From: an uncultured Fodinibius sp.
Lineage (GTDB): Bacteria > Bacteroidota > Rhodothermia > Balneolales > Balneolaceae
NCBI GenBank assembly: GCA_913056455.1
Contig: CAJXMJ010000002.1
Location: 599,665-663,664 of the forward strand
DNA length: 64,000 bases
Direction of reading: 5' to 3'
The notes beneath the pieces were generated by a model. The model was not told the DNA's origin and made no database searches. It saw only the letters and a list, made by a program, of their open reading frames with translations. Made by a program: the position numbers and the translations under genes. Below are positions 50,610 to 61,500 of this stretch, one piece after another. The first letter of the stretch is position 1. The number at the start of each line of letters is the position of its first letter.

Positions 50610-50678
50610 AACAGTATTTTTGGTTCTTAAATATTTACAGCTCTAAAATACAGAAAATTAAAAAGGGTACAACGTTAA

Positions 50679-51974
50679 TTAGGAGACTAATGACACAGGT
50701 TCGTTTACAAAGCCGCTACTGCTTCCTTTTTTCGATGTTTTCTTGAAAGAGAATGAAATTGTAGTGCCCTGTTCTGTAGAGCTGATATTGTGTTCGCCTT
50801 CAAGCTGCTTTAAAAGGGTATCAACAAGTTGAAAGCCAAGTGAACCATTTTGAGAAATTGACGAAATGTGATCAGGCAAGCCATTTCCGTTATCAGAAAT
50901 AGTTAGCGTAAGCACTTGGTCGTCGTTTTTAGATAAATCTATAGAAATTTGGCCTGTATCTTTTGTAGTAAAAGCATGCTGTAAGGCATTGGTCACTATT
51001 TCGTTAATGATTAAGCAGGCCGGTACAGCCTGATTAATATTAATAGTAACATGAGAAAGGTTGAGGTCAAAATCGACCGTCGGTAACTGATCATATACAT
51101 CATGCAAATTTTCGATCAATTGTCTTATACTTCTATCGAAGCGTAATTGGGCAAGGCTATTTGACTGATATAACAGTTCATGAATGGATCCAATGGTCTG
51201 GATGCGAGTTATGCCAGAGACGAGCTTTTCTTTTAGTTTGGGACTATCTTCAGCGTATAGCTGTAGCTGCATGAGCCCAGAGACAATAGCCAAATTATTT
51301 TTCACCCGGTGATGAACCTCTGATAGAAGAACCTCCTTTTCTGCCAAGGAGTGTTCAAGTTTAGCTTGGGTTTCCTTTAGATCTGTGATATCCATAGCAC
51401 TTAAAATTAAATACTTTTCATGGTTTTCTTGCAGAACTTTAGAATTAAGAACCAAGGAAATGGGATTGCCTGTTTTATCATTGATCACCCATTCTTCATT
51501 CGGAAAAGATTGCCCTTCTAATAGTTGTTGAAAATCATGATATCCTTTCTCATAGTTATTTTCACTTAGCAAATGAGAAAAATGACGTCCGACAATTTCT
51601 TTTCTATTGTATCCCAAAATGTTTACAAAGGCATTGTTAACACTATCGATGATACCCTCTTCGTTAATAACGAGGATAGAAACATCAATAGTTTCCAAAA
51701 TAGAATCTGTATATCTGCGATTTTTCTCCAGCTCTTTGTCTTTGAAGTAGAGTAGCGCATATACACCTGCTGAAGCGATAGTTATGAAAATGATCCCTTT
51801 AAGAATTTGTATGTTAAAAAGGGAGAAGGGATTCCCATTTATATTTGCAGCAATAAAATCAGTCCCGATGATCCAACCATATCCAAACAAGAGAAGCATT
51901 AACGCAATAGCCTTGCTACTTAATAGAATTCTTTTAATTCTCATAATTAAGAGTCCCTTATATTTATTACTCAA
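50679..51974 (-). CDS. Membrane PAS sensor histidine kinase (HisKA_2 / HWE-like type)
   Basis: TM segments, a PAS region and HHRVKNNLAIVSGLMQLQ phospho-acceptor motif plus HATPase. An alternative ATG start is at 51944. Confidence 0.8.
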   Translation of the reverse strand: MSNKYKGLLIMRIKRILLSSKAIALMLLLFGYGWIIGTDFIAANINGNPFSLFNIQILKGIIFITIASAGVYALLYFKDKELEKNRRYTDSILETIDVSILVINEEGIIDSVNNAFVNILGYNRKEIVGRHFSHLLSENNYEKGYHDFQQLLEGQSFPNEEWVINDKTGNPISLVLNSKVLQENHEKYLILSAMDITDLKETQAKLEHSLAEKEVLLSEVHHRVKNNLAIVSGLMQLQLYAEDSPKLKEKLVSGITRIQTIGSIHELLYQSNSLAQLRFDRSIRQLIENLHDVYDQLPTVDFDLNLSHVTININQAVPACLIINEIVTNALQHAFTTKDTGQISIDLSKNDDQVLTLTISDNGNGLPDHISSISQNGSLGFQLVDTLLKQLEGEHNISSTEQGTTISFSFKKTSKKGSSSGFVNEPVSLVS

Positions 51975-52275
51975 ATATAATTTTGTTGATAGCAGAGGGT
52001 AATATCGATCTAAGTGAGTACTGTTAATACTTTTATTTTATATGAAGAGAAAGAGTTCAGTGGATAATTCATAAATAATTGATCTTAAAGAAAGAGCAAT
52101 GATAAATTATAAAGGTCGGTAGTCTATATAAATGGGCTTACTTTAACTATAAAGGTATAGGAATAATTCAACAATTCAGTTACAATTTTTTCAGTAACTA
52201 TTTGCAAAATTAATCGTCATACAATTGAGCAGATTTTGAAGGATTCGATTCTGCTGTGATACATGTTTCTGCTAA

Positions 52276-52839
52276 ATGGATGATTCCAAGGAAAAAGAAT
52301 TTCAATTAATACAGGATATTTTGGACGGTCAGCAAGATCGTTACAGGATACTTGTTGACAGGTATGCTTCGATGGTATTTAGTATCGTTGGCAACTTTGT
52401 GAATCGAAAAGCTGACAGGGAAGAATTAGCCCAGCAAATTTTTGTGAAGGCTTATGAACGGTTGGACTCTTTTAAAAAACAGTCAAAGTTTTCTTCTTGG
52501 CTTTACACTTTGGCAAGAAATCATTGTTTGGACTACGCTAAAAATATTAGGAGATCAAATAAGGAGTTCGGGGAGATGGAATCCCATGAGCTTGAAGCAA
52601 ATATGAAAGTAGAAGATCTTCCCAATGATGATATTGAAAGACAGGAACAGGGGGCGATACTGGAAAAAGCCCTCTCAGAAATAAAACCGATTTATGCAGA
52701 GGCGTTTTTAATGAAGTATCGTGATAACATGACATACAAAGCTATGGCAAAGCGATTAGATGCCAATGAAGGAGCACTGAAAGTCCGCGTGCATAGAGCA
52801 CGCAAGGAGCTGAAAGAGTATATCAACCAATATAATTAG
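52276..52839 (+). CDS. ECF-type sigma-70 family RNA polymerase sigma factor
   Basis: Region 2 (ELAQQIFVKAYERL..F....FSSWLYTLARNHCLDY) and region 4 (YKAMAKRLDANEGALKVRVHRARKELK). Confidence 0.88.
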   Translation: MDDSKEKEFQLIQDILDGQQDRYRILVDRYASMVFSIVGNFVNRKADREELAQQIFVKAYERLDSFKKQSKFSSWLYTLARNHCLDYAKNIRRSNKEFGEMESHELEANMKVEDLPNDDIERQEQGAILEKALSEIKPIYAEAFLMKYRDNMTYKAMAKRLDANEGALKVRVHRARKELKEYINQYN

Positions 52840-52845
52840 GAACCC

Positions 52846-53562
52846 ATGAATATGGACAAGGAAGAAATACTGCGTAAATACCTGGATGGTGAACTATCCG
52901 GTGAGGAGGAGCGGGAAGCCCTTCATACGATAGCAGAAGACCCACAGATGCGGGAAATGCTTTCTTTTGAAAGATCTGTCCGTAGTACTGTTAACAGTAC
53001 AGAAATCTATGAGCAGCCGGAAGTGCCCGAGGGATTTACAGAGCGGGTAATGCATAGCATTGAGCAAGCAGAAGCGGGTCAACCCGAATCAAGCACCTCG
53101 CTAACAGAAGAGGTTAAAAGCTGGATCCAAAGTTTATGGAAACCAAAGCAGATACATTTGCGACCGGTGTATGGTGCTGTTGCGGCAATGATTTTGGTGA
53201 TTGCTATAGTGATGCCCTTTTATTTCACTGATAACAGAGAGCTGCCTCCCGTAAATAACAATATGCAAGAATCGATTCAGCAAGTTGCCCAAAGTCAAAG
53301 TCAGGTATGGGTGCGCTTTGTATATATAGATGAAAATGCGCAATCCATAGAAGTTGCCGGTGATTTTAACGGCTGGGAGCCTGTACCGCTTGACAAGCAG
53401 GAGGTAAACGGTGAGCAGGTTTGGACAGGATTGGTTTCAATGAGCAGAGGAGAGCACCGTTATATGTTTGTGAAGGATGGAGAAAAATGGGTAACGGATC
53501 CAATGGCGCCTATGCAGCGCGAAGATGGATTTGGCAATAAAAATGCAGTGATATACTTATGA
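52846..53562 (+). CDS. Anti-sigma factor with extracytoplasmic AMPK-beta/CBM48-like (glycogen-binding-type) domain
   Basis: N-terminal YLDGELSGEE anti-sigma motif, one TM helix, then VWVRFVY...SIEVAGDFNGWEPVPL...WTGLV....GEHRYMFVKDG.WVTDP. Confidence 0.65.
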   Translation: MNMDKEEILRKYLDGELSGEEEREALHTIAEDPQMREMLSFERSVRSTVNSTEIYEQPEVPEGFTERVMHSIEQAEAGQPESSTSLTEEVKSWIQSLWKPKQIHLRPVYGAVAAMILVIAIVMPFYFTDNRELPPVNNNMQESIQQVAQSQSQVWVRFVYIDENAQSIEVAGDFNGWEPVPLDKQEVNGEQVWTGLVSMSRGEHRYMFVKDGEKWVTDPMAPMQREDGFGNKNAVIYL

Positions 53563-54830
53563 GAATAGGTCTCATTATTGTGATGTTATTAATTTCTATA
53601 TCGCATGAAATATTAGCCCAGGATTGGCAGACTGTTTTTTCTGTTGACTCACGGATAGGGTATTCGACGAATACCTATTTAAATCCCTATTATGGGGAGT
53701 GGGATCGCGCTGAAAGTAGTTCTTTTGGAGTGCTCTCGGGAATTGGGCAAAGCACATGGTTTGGGAACCAAGACATGGTCGAATTAACGGGGGTGGCTGT
53801 CTTGGAACCTTTCTTTTCCGGGTTAAATACGTGGAAGGGAGGTTTAGCACTGGGCAGATATCAGCACCAATTTAGTCATTCGGTAAGTGGAGGAATAGAA
53901 GTGGGAGGCAGTTATTTCAATGCCTCTTACAGCCGAAGCATGTTTTGGGCCCAACCTACAATAACATGGTCTCCCACACCATTCAGCCAGCTTAAAATGA
54001 AAGCGGGTTCGAACTTTCGGTCTTACCAAGATTATATGGTTGACAGTGTATCGACCTCTATTAATGATCGCTCTGACTTATATGCTCTTGAGTTTGAAAC
54101 CTGGCCCAATTTCAACTGGCAAATATCTTCGGGCCTGTATGGGAATCTCGATTCCTTTCCGAATATACAGCAGGGATTTAGTTCGTTTGTAGCTGCCAGC
54201 CGTATCTTTAAAAAAGGCTCCAAGGTTAGATTTAAAGTTGGTCTTGAACAGTATCAAAATGAACAAACTGTGACTACTGGTGGAGGTGGTGGGGGATTTC
54301 CACCTACTGGGGGTGGGCCACCGGGTACAACAACAGAAACTATAGAGGAAACAAATCGCATATTTCGGCTGGGGATTGAAGGCAGTATTCCTATTAGCCA
54401 GCAGCTGACCGCTTTTGTGAGCGCAGAAGGATTACGTTATAACACAACAGCTACCGATCAAAATATTACTGACCTGCAGGTTTCCGGTGGAATTAGGTTG
54501 ACTTTACAGCCTAAATCGAGAAGTGAGAAAGGAAAAGTAACACCGGACTGGAATAATAGAGGAGAGACACAGCGTGTAGAGATTTCCTATTCAGGCGATG
54601 GGCGTATTTACTTGGTGGGGGATTTTAATAACTGGTCACGTCCGGGTATTCCACTCGTGAATATTGAGAAGGATAAGCACAGAGCCGAGTTGGAGCTGGA
54701 TGCAGGTTCTTACGAATATAAAGTGTTAACTATTGAGGGTGGAGAAGAAAGCTGGATTAAGTTTTCCAGCGAGACATATACCGTCGAAGATGGATTTGGC
54801 GGACAAAATGCACTGCTATTAGTTCAATAA
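53559..54830 (+). CDS. Secreted beta-rich (barrel-like) protein with Gly/Pro linker and C-terminal CBM48-like domain
   Basis: Overlaps the anti-sigma stop by 4 nt. Has a signal peptide, GGGGGGFPPTGGGPPG and C-terminal YLVGDFNNWSRPGIPL...GSYEYKVL. Confidence 0.5.
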   Translation: MRIGLIIVMLLISISHEILAQDWQTVFSVDSRIGYSTNTYLNPYYGEWDRAESSSFGVLSGIGQSTWFGNQDMVELTGVAVLEPFFSGLNTWKGGLALGRYQHQFSHSVSGGIEVGGSYFNASYSRSMFWAQPTITWSPTPFSQLKMKAGSNFRSYQDYMVDSVSTSINDRSDLYALEFETWPNFNWQISSGLYGNLDSFPNIQQGFSSFVAASRIFKKGSKVRFKVGLEQYQNEQTVTTGGGGGGFPPTGGGPPGTTTETIEETNRIFRLGIEGSIPISQQLTAFVSAEGLRYNTTATDQNITDLQVSGGIRLTLQPKSRSEKGKVTPDWNNRGETQRVEISYSGDGRIYLVGDFNNWSRPGIPLVNIEKDKHRAELELDAGSYEYKVLTIEGGEESWIKFSSETYTVEDGFGGQNALLLVQ

Positions 54831-54846
54831 TTTAAATGAAACGAAT

Positions 54847-55755
54847 ATGATGAAGGTTTTAAATCTACATATAAAGGTTCTCGCACTTTTGGTGTTTGTC
54901 TGTGCCTATTTGGGTATTCCTGATACAGCCCTTGCCCAAACAGAGGCGCTGGACAAACTGGTAGAGCGAGCAAATAATACGGGAATAGAGCAATCTGTAA
55001 TTGAAGATCTCAAGGCAAGGAAAGAGGCAAGAGGGTTAAGTAATGAACAGTTTGTAAATATGATTGAACCTGCGGTACAACTTGCTGAGAACGATTTGCC
55101 GGCAAACCATGTGTTGCAAAAAGCGCTGGAAGGATTATCAAAGGGAGTACCCGATGCGCGGATTGTTCCTTATATAAATAGAATGGCCAATGCTACTCGT
55201 CAGGCAGCTGGAGTCGTTGACCCGTGGATGGCAAAACCAGAAGTTAAGAGAGTATTGGGAGAGCGAAAGAACTCGATGCCGGGGCAAAGTATGCGAAACA
55301 GGCTTATAGAGTCATCCTCTCGAGCTATAACTCAAAATATTCCGCCAGAGAATATTAACCAGCTTTTAACTGATATAGGTAATAGATCAGTGTTGTCGAA
55401 AACAAATGGCGCTAATATCATTTCAGCGATGGATATCGTTTCGGATTTGCCTATGCGAGAGCAGCCCGAGCTGACGCGGTCATTTATTGTTCGGGCGTTA
55501 AAGGGAGGGTTTGAATCCGGTGAATTTCAAAAGTTGCCCATGGCTTTGAATATGGCACAGAAGCGTTCCCAGATTCCGGCATCTAACATTATGAGAGGGG
55601 TTGGGAATCAGTTAAATAAGGGAGTTTCGGCGCGAGATATTTTGAAAAAACTATTTGATGGAAAGATAGGGGGCGGCCCGCCGGGCGATATCCCCAGAGG
55701 AATGGAAGATAATCCTGGAAAAGGGAATAGGGGCAACAATGCGGGGAATGGTTAA
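54847..55755 (+). CDS. Secreted helical protein with Gly-rich tail, unknown function
   Basis: Signal peptide; C-terminus GGGPPGDIPRGMEDNPGKGNRGNNAGNG. Confidence 0.45.
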   Translation: MMKVLNLHIKVLALLVFVCAYLGIPDTALAQTEALDKLVERANNTGIEQSVIEDLKARKEARGLSNEQFVNMIEPAVQLAENDLPANHVLQKALEGLSKGVPDARIVPYINRMANATRQAAGVVDPWMAKPEVKRVLGERKNSMPGQSMRNRLIESSSRAITQNIPPENINQLLTDIGNRSVLSKTNGANIISAMDIVSDLPMREQPELTRSFIVRALKGGFESGEFQKLPMALNMAQKRSQIPASNIMRGVGNQLNKGVSARDILKKLFDGKIGGGPPGDIPRGMEDNPGKGNRGNNAGNG

Positions 55756-56152
55756 TTTGTTTCTAAAACCACAATGTGAAATTTCTTGTCACAAGAAGTC
55801 CATATTGACCTCTTGTCTTTAGAAAAGGGATAATAAGTTCCAATAAATTATCACCCTCTTGTAATTATGGTTATTGCCCCCTTAATTAAATATTGGATGT
55901 AAACTTATAGGGATTGACAAAATAGAAGGGATAAAATTATGAAGCAGATTGGAAATTTGTTGAATTGGGAATCATTAATATTTCGTAATTAAGCAGTAAT
56001 TGGTGTGTATATAAGATAGATTATAGTATCATATTGTCTGTATATAGGTAATATGTTTATTGAAAGAGCGAGTATTAGAATTGATTAGATAGCATTGACT
56101 TAATGTTAAAACTTTCTAATGTTGAAATAACATTGTCATAAATTGAAAAATT

Positions 56153-56695
56153 ATGGTCGGTTACGGGGAATTATTACAGACAATTGGGGCGATGGTGATT
56201 TTTTCGCTGATATTACTTAGTGCCACTAGCATGATTCAGCGAAACACCTATATGCAGATAGAGGGGGAGCTTGAGCAGGAGGTTATTGCATTGGCGCAAG
56301 ATATTATTGAAGAGGCGCGTACGAAAGAATTTGATGAAGTTTCCGTTGACGCAGCGGCTCCTCCCGCAGATATTCCCGGCGATTTTGCAACCCTTTCTAC
56401 TTTGGGCCCAGAGGCCAATGATGATCAAAATGGAGATGGAAAAGTGAGTCGCCATGAGTTTGATGATTTTGACGACTATCATGATTGGGATGATGTGATA
56501 GAAACGGAGCATGGAGAGTTTAATATTCAGGCAGAAGTTTTTTATGTGGATGAGACGAATTACGACTCAACGAATACACAAACGACGTTTAAGAAATTAC
56601 GGGTGTATATAACCAGCAAATACTTGAATCGGCAAAATTCTGGTAATCTCACATTATATAGTCTGGAATTTGTTAGAAATTACTACGCTGATTAG
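56153..56695 (+). CDS. Pilin-like protein (PilV/FimT-like hydrophobic N-terminus, non-canonical)
   Basis: MVGYGELLQTIGAMVIFSLILLSA resembles a prepilin N-terminal helix but lacks G-F-T-L-x-E. The ORF cannot extend upstream because of an in-frame stop at 56144. Confidence 0.4.
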   Translation: MVGYGELLQTIGAMVIFSLILLSATSMIQRNTYMQIEGELEQEVIALAQDIIEEARTKEFDEVSVDAAAPPADIPGDFATLSTLGPEANDDQNGDGKVSRHEFDDFDDYHDWDDVIETEHGEFNIQAEVFYVDETNYDSTNTQTTFKKLRVYITSKYLNRQNSGNLTLYSLEFVRNYYAD

Positions 56696-56710
56696 CGGGG
56701 GGATAGTGTT

Positions 56711-57340
56711 ATGAATATAGGTTTGGTGACAAGTTATGTTATTGGAGGAATGCTTTTGATAGGGATTCTTGCTATGAATATGTCCTTGTCCAGTAGTTCA
56801 ACAGAGTTAACGCTTACACAAACGACTCGTGAGAAGGCAAAGGGGGTAAAGGAGTTCATAACGCATGATATCCAAAAGATGGGATATAATCGGGAAGGTA
56901 AAACAACTCCCATACTTGAGGTTGGAGAAAGCAATAAAATTGTGTTTTACAGTAATATTGACGATACGGAAAGTAATCAGAATACAGATGTAGAAAAAGT
57001 CACGTGGGAATTTCCAGGAGCCCCTTTGGATAAAGGAAACCCAAATGCTTACGAGTTAGTGCGGACGGTTGAACATCTTGATACTGGAAATATTGAAAAG
57101 ACCCCGATTCGCCTGGGAGTTACTAATTTTGAAATTAAATATTTTGATGAGTATGGCAAGTCGCTTAGCCATGCGATGAGCCCTCCCCTGTCATCCTCAG
57201 AATTGACAAATGTAGTTCAGTTGTATATCACCCTAGAACTACAAAGTTCAGCTAAAATAAATCAAAATACGGGTGCAGGTGGCTTTGTGCGTACAATCTG
57301 GGAGAAGCGTTTTTCCCCGCCGAATTTAGAAGAGATTTAA
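56711..57340 (+). CDS. PilW-like minor-pilin-like protein
   Basis: N-terminal TM helix and a beta-rich body with VTNFEIKYFD... and ...VQLYITLELQ patterns, as in PilW/GspJ-type pseudopilins. Confidence 0.4.
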   Translation: MNIGLVTSYVIGGMLLIGILAMNMSLSSSSTELTLTQTTREKAKGVKEFITHDIQKMGYNREGKTTPILEVGESNKIVFYSNIDDTESNQNTDVEKVTWEFPGAPLDKGNPNAYELVRTVEHLDTGNIEKTPIRLGVTNFEIKYFDEYGKSLSHAMSPPLSSSELTNVVQLYITLELQSSAKINQNTGAGGFVRTIWEKRFSPPNLEEI

Positions 57341-57362
57341 TTAATAATTAAGAGGTGTTATT

Positions 57363-58490
57363 ATGGGACGAGCAATGTTAATAATATGTGCCGGCATGTT
57401 GGTTGCGCTCGGCATTGTAGCAATGGGAACGTCAAGTCAGGGCAAACTGATGACGGAAAAAACAGTTGAGTATGCCCAAAAAACACAGGCATTGAATGCA
57501 GCACATACAGCTATTCAAATTGTGACGCAGGAGATCAATAAAAAAGGCATCGAAAACATGGATCAGCAGTATGTTGATGATAGAAACAGCAGCAATTCGT
57601 GGACTCCTTCGACAGTTAGTGGTGCTGATATTGTGCTCTCAATAGAGTTTTTAAATAGTGACTGGGAAACTAATCCGTATTTCGAAGAAGATAAGTTGCG
57701 AGTAAGTTCTAAAGCAACGATTGATAATGAATATGAGTCCAATGTGAAAAGTGTATACGTAGTAGCCCCCTTCAGTAATCTGGTGCCCGACTTTGCCGGC
57801 GCCCTTCAGCTGCCTACTGGTTATGGTTCATTATCCGTGGATGGTAATGCACATGATATTAATGGTACAGACCCTAATTGTAGTGATTCGAGGCCACCAA
57901 TTGCAGTAAATAATTCGCAAACAAAAGATGGGTTGCAAAGCCATGACTTGAATCTGGATGGTGATATTGCCGTAGACAATCAGTTAGATTATGAACCTAC
58001 CGATGAACTCATTGCGCGACTTGAAAATTCGGAAAATGCAACTACGGTCAACTCCGATTATAGTGAAAATTTAGGAACTGCTGAAGAGCCTGGCGTCTAT
58101 TTCATTGATGGACAGGTAAGTTTGACAGGTCAACAAAGTGAAGGATATGGGATTATGGTTATTAAAGATAGCGCCCATATGGATTATGAGGATGAAGATG
58201 GAAATACCGTTAGCATCAGGGGTAATTTTGAATTTAACGGCTTGGTAATATTTGAGAATGCTCAGCTTTTCGATGGAAGCGGGACCCCTACTATAAATGG
58301 TTCCGTATTGGTGGGTGATACCGATCCGGATGATACTAATGAAATAGAGGTAGATTTAAGCGGTAATATTTCAATAAATTACACGTGTGCCGGAGAAAAA
58401 TACGCTAAGATGGGAGCTGCTAATACCGTAAAGCAGAATAAATATACTCGTGTGGTTTCATCCGAAGAGACAAGCCTTGTGAAAAATTAG
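57363..58490 (+). CDS. PilX-like protein
   Basis: GRAMLIICAGMLVALGIVAMGTS followed by a helix (AQKTQALNAAHTAIQ), like PilX_N. C-terminal GYGIMVIK...FNGLVIFE...INGSVLVG repeats. Confidence 0.45.
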   Translation: MGRAMLIICAGMLVALGIVAMGTSSQGKLMTEKTVEYAQKTQALNAAHTAIQIVTQEINKKGIENMDQQYVDDRNSSNSWTPSTVSGADIVLSIEFLNSDWETNPYFEEDKLRVSSKATIDNEYESNVKSVYVVAPFSNLVPDFAGALQLPTGYGSLSVDGNAHDINGTDPNCSDSRPPIAVNNSQTKDGLQSHDLNLDGDIAVDNQLDYEPTDELIARLENSENATTVNSDYSENLGTAEEPGVYFIDGQVSLTGQQSEGYGIMVIKDSAHMDYEDEDGNTVSIRGNFEFNGLVIFENAQLFDGSGTPTINGSVLVGDTDPDDTNEIEVDLSGNISINYTCAGEKYAKMGAANTVKQNKYTRVVSSEETSLVKN

Positions 58491-58510
58491 GGTTGCCTTC
58501 TTAATAAGTG

Positions 58511-61500
58511 CTACATAATGTGGGCACTGCCGATGCCTTTAAGGTCAGCTTTTTGGAAAGAGAGCTTAAACCTGGCCCCCTCTTCTATAGATTCATAAGA
58601 GTAATCGGCATCAAGCTGTTGGGCAAGGGTGTTGATGAGCTGTAAGCCCAGCGTTTTATTATTCATGACTTTATCAAAATCAGGGGGAAATCCTTTGCCA
58701 TTATCTTTGATAGACAATGTTACTGCTTCTTTATCCTCCCTGGCTGAAACCGTAATCTTACCTTCCTGAGTGTCATCCTCAAAAGCATGTTTTAAGATAT
58801 TCGTAATCACTTCGTTTACAATTAGGGAAGAGGGGATGGCTTGGTTGATATTTAGTGTTATAGAATCAACCTCAAAATGTACATCAAGTTCAAAATCAGT
58901 TTGGAACGTTTCTGATATATTATTCACTAATTTTCTAAGGTTGTCACCGAAATCAAGATTTGAAAAACTTTCAGACTGATAGAGTAGCTCATGTATTGAG
59001 CCCATCGTTTGGATTCGTGCTACACTATCAAAAAGTCTTTCCCTGAACTTTTGATTATCCTCATCAAATGCCTGAAGCTGCATCATCCCGGCAACTACTG
59101 CCAGATTGTTTTTTACCCGATGATGAATTTCAAGTAGCAGCGTTTCTTTTTCTTTGAGTGATTTACGGAGCTGCTTTTCATCCTTTTTTCTTTCTGTAAT
59201 ATCTCTTCCCACACAAACCCAGTAAAGAGAGTTTTCAGGTCCTTGAACAGGTGTCATAGAAACCCGAATCCAGAATTCTTCTCTATCTTTTTTATAGTTT
59301 ATAAATTCAGCATCGCAGGATTCCCAATTATCCATATGCTGTCCCAGCTTTTTTCGTTCTTGTGGATCGGTTTTCGGTCCATTAAGCATATGCAGGGTTT
59401 TTCCCTTGGCATTTTCTGGGGAGTAGCCGGTCATTTTTGAGAAGGAATCATTGACGTATAATATTTCGCGGCCTGGGGGATTACTGGCTTGTCCTTCAAT
59501 AATAGCAACAGATTCTTTAGTACTAGCAATAGCAGATTCAAAAAGCTGAAGCCATTTACGTTCTTCCCGTTGCCGGGTGATGTCCTGCATAGCACCGATA
59601 ATACGTGTGGCATTGCCGTCGTCGTCGGTGACAACAAAAGCGCGATCATAAATATATTTATAGGAACCGTCTGCTGCCTCAAAGCGGTATTCTAACTGAA
59701 GGCGTTCGGTATTGTTATGTATGGCCTCATCCAGTTGATCAAGAATGTCTTCTCGATCATTGGGATGTAATTTATTACGCCACCAATCGGCAATATCTTG
59801 AACCTCTGTTTTCTCATATCCAAACATGTCGTAGATATTCTGATTGTATACGATAGTGTCGCTCTCCAAATCGAGGTCCCAAATGGTGTCGCTTGTAGCT
59901 TTTGATACAATTTCGTAGCGTTCAACGCTTTTACGGAGTTCTCTTTGATGTTTAATTTGTTCGGTAACATCTTTTTGTATACCGATAAAACCATCACAAT
60001 GGCCATTGCTATCAAAGATGGGATCAAGGGTTAAGTCAAACCAATACTTGTCGCCACTTTTAGAGTAGTTGAGAACAATTTCTTGGAGAGGTGCTTGTTT
60101 TTTAAAGGCCTCTGATATGCGTTTCATCTTTTGCGGATTATTATCAGGTCCTCTGACAATATTACCGGGAGATTTTCCAATGACTTCATCAAATTGATAC
60201 CCAAGCATATCTTCAAAAGCACTATTAACCCAGGTAATGCATTCATTGGGATCAGTCATGAAAATGACATCCGTAGTTTTGGATGCTACCAATGCGAGTT
60301 CTTCGAGTTTTTCCTCATACTCTTTTCGTTCGGTAATATCCTGAAGTGATCCAATCATTCGTATGGCATCTCCATTATCGTCGCGAATAATAAAGCCCCT
60401 TTCAAAAACGGTGGCATAAGATCCATCCTGCTTTTTAAAACGGTATTCCTGCTCCCATTTTGACTTAGAAGAATGAAGGATGTCACTCAAACTTTTTTCT
60501 GCGTCCGGGATATCTTCAGGGTGTACATTTTGAGCCCAGTAATCAATGGAGTAGGTGCCTTCTTCAATATCATAAATAAACTTGTCATGATAACTGTCAT
60601 CCCAGTAGAGAATATCTTCTTTTAGATCCCAGTCGTAGACAACATCGTCGGTTGCCTTGGTTACATATTCATACAGCTCCAGGTTTTCTTGTAGTTTTTG
60701 CTTACGTTGAATACTCTCTGTAACATCACGTGAATTTGCTACAAATCCATTTACAGCTGGATTGTTGAGCATATTTGTTACAATACTTTCAATCCATCGC
60801 CATTCACCATCTGACTTTTTGAATTGAAAAGGGGCGAGTTCTACTCTTTTTTTCTGCTTTAGGCTTTCCAGAGCGTTTGCAACTCGCTGTTGATCATTTT
60901 TATGAATATAATCGAGAGCATTTGTTCCAATGAACTCCTCAGGTGGTATTCCAAGTATAGCATTCGAGGTGGGGGCCACATATTTATAGTTGCCTTCAGG
61001 ATCAAGTATAGCAATTAAGTCTGACCCTTCTTGTACTAATGACCGGAACCGCTTTTCGCTTAGTGCAAGTTTCTTTTCTGTTTCAAGACGTTCGGTAATA
61101 TCATTGGCCACAACCATTTTGGCTTTTTGGCCATTAAAGGTAACAAGGGTGCTACGGATGTTTGCCTGGATTTTTGTGCCATCCTTTTTTTGATGAGTAT
61201 GTATGCCGCTTTCATGGATTCCCTCGACTGATAATGAATTTTCCAGCGTATGCTCCAAATGGGGTATTTCATTTTTGGGACGAATGTCCTTGATTGTCAT
61301 AGACAAAAATTCTTCCCTGCTATATCCATAATGGTCAATGGCATTCTGATTTACATCAATAAATTGCAGCGTTTGTATATCATATATCCACTTGGGAAGG
61401 GGGCTCAAATCAAAAAGCTCTCGATACTGTCTTTCTGACTGGCGAAGAGATTGATTAATACGGTTACGTTCAATGCTGTATGAAATGCTTTTATAAAGAA

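Noticed and set aside
55756-56152. Possible small major-pilin gene in the 400-bp AT-rich gap upstream of the pilin-like trio
   Set aside because: Only very short ORFs are present (e.g. MKQIGNLLNWESLIFRN at about 55939), with neither a prepilin motif nor a hydrophobic helix.
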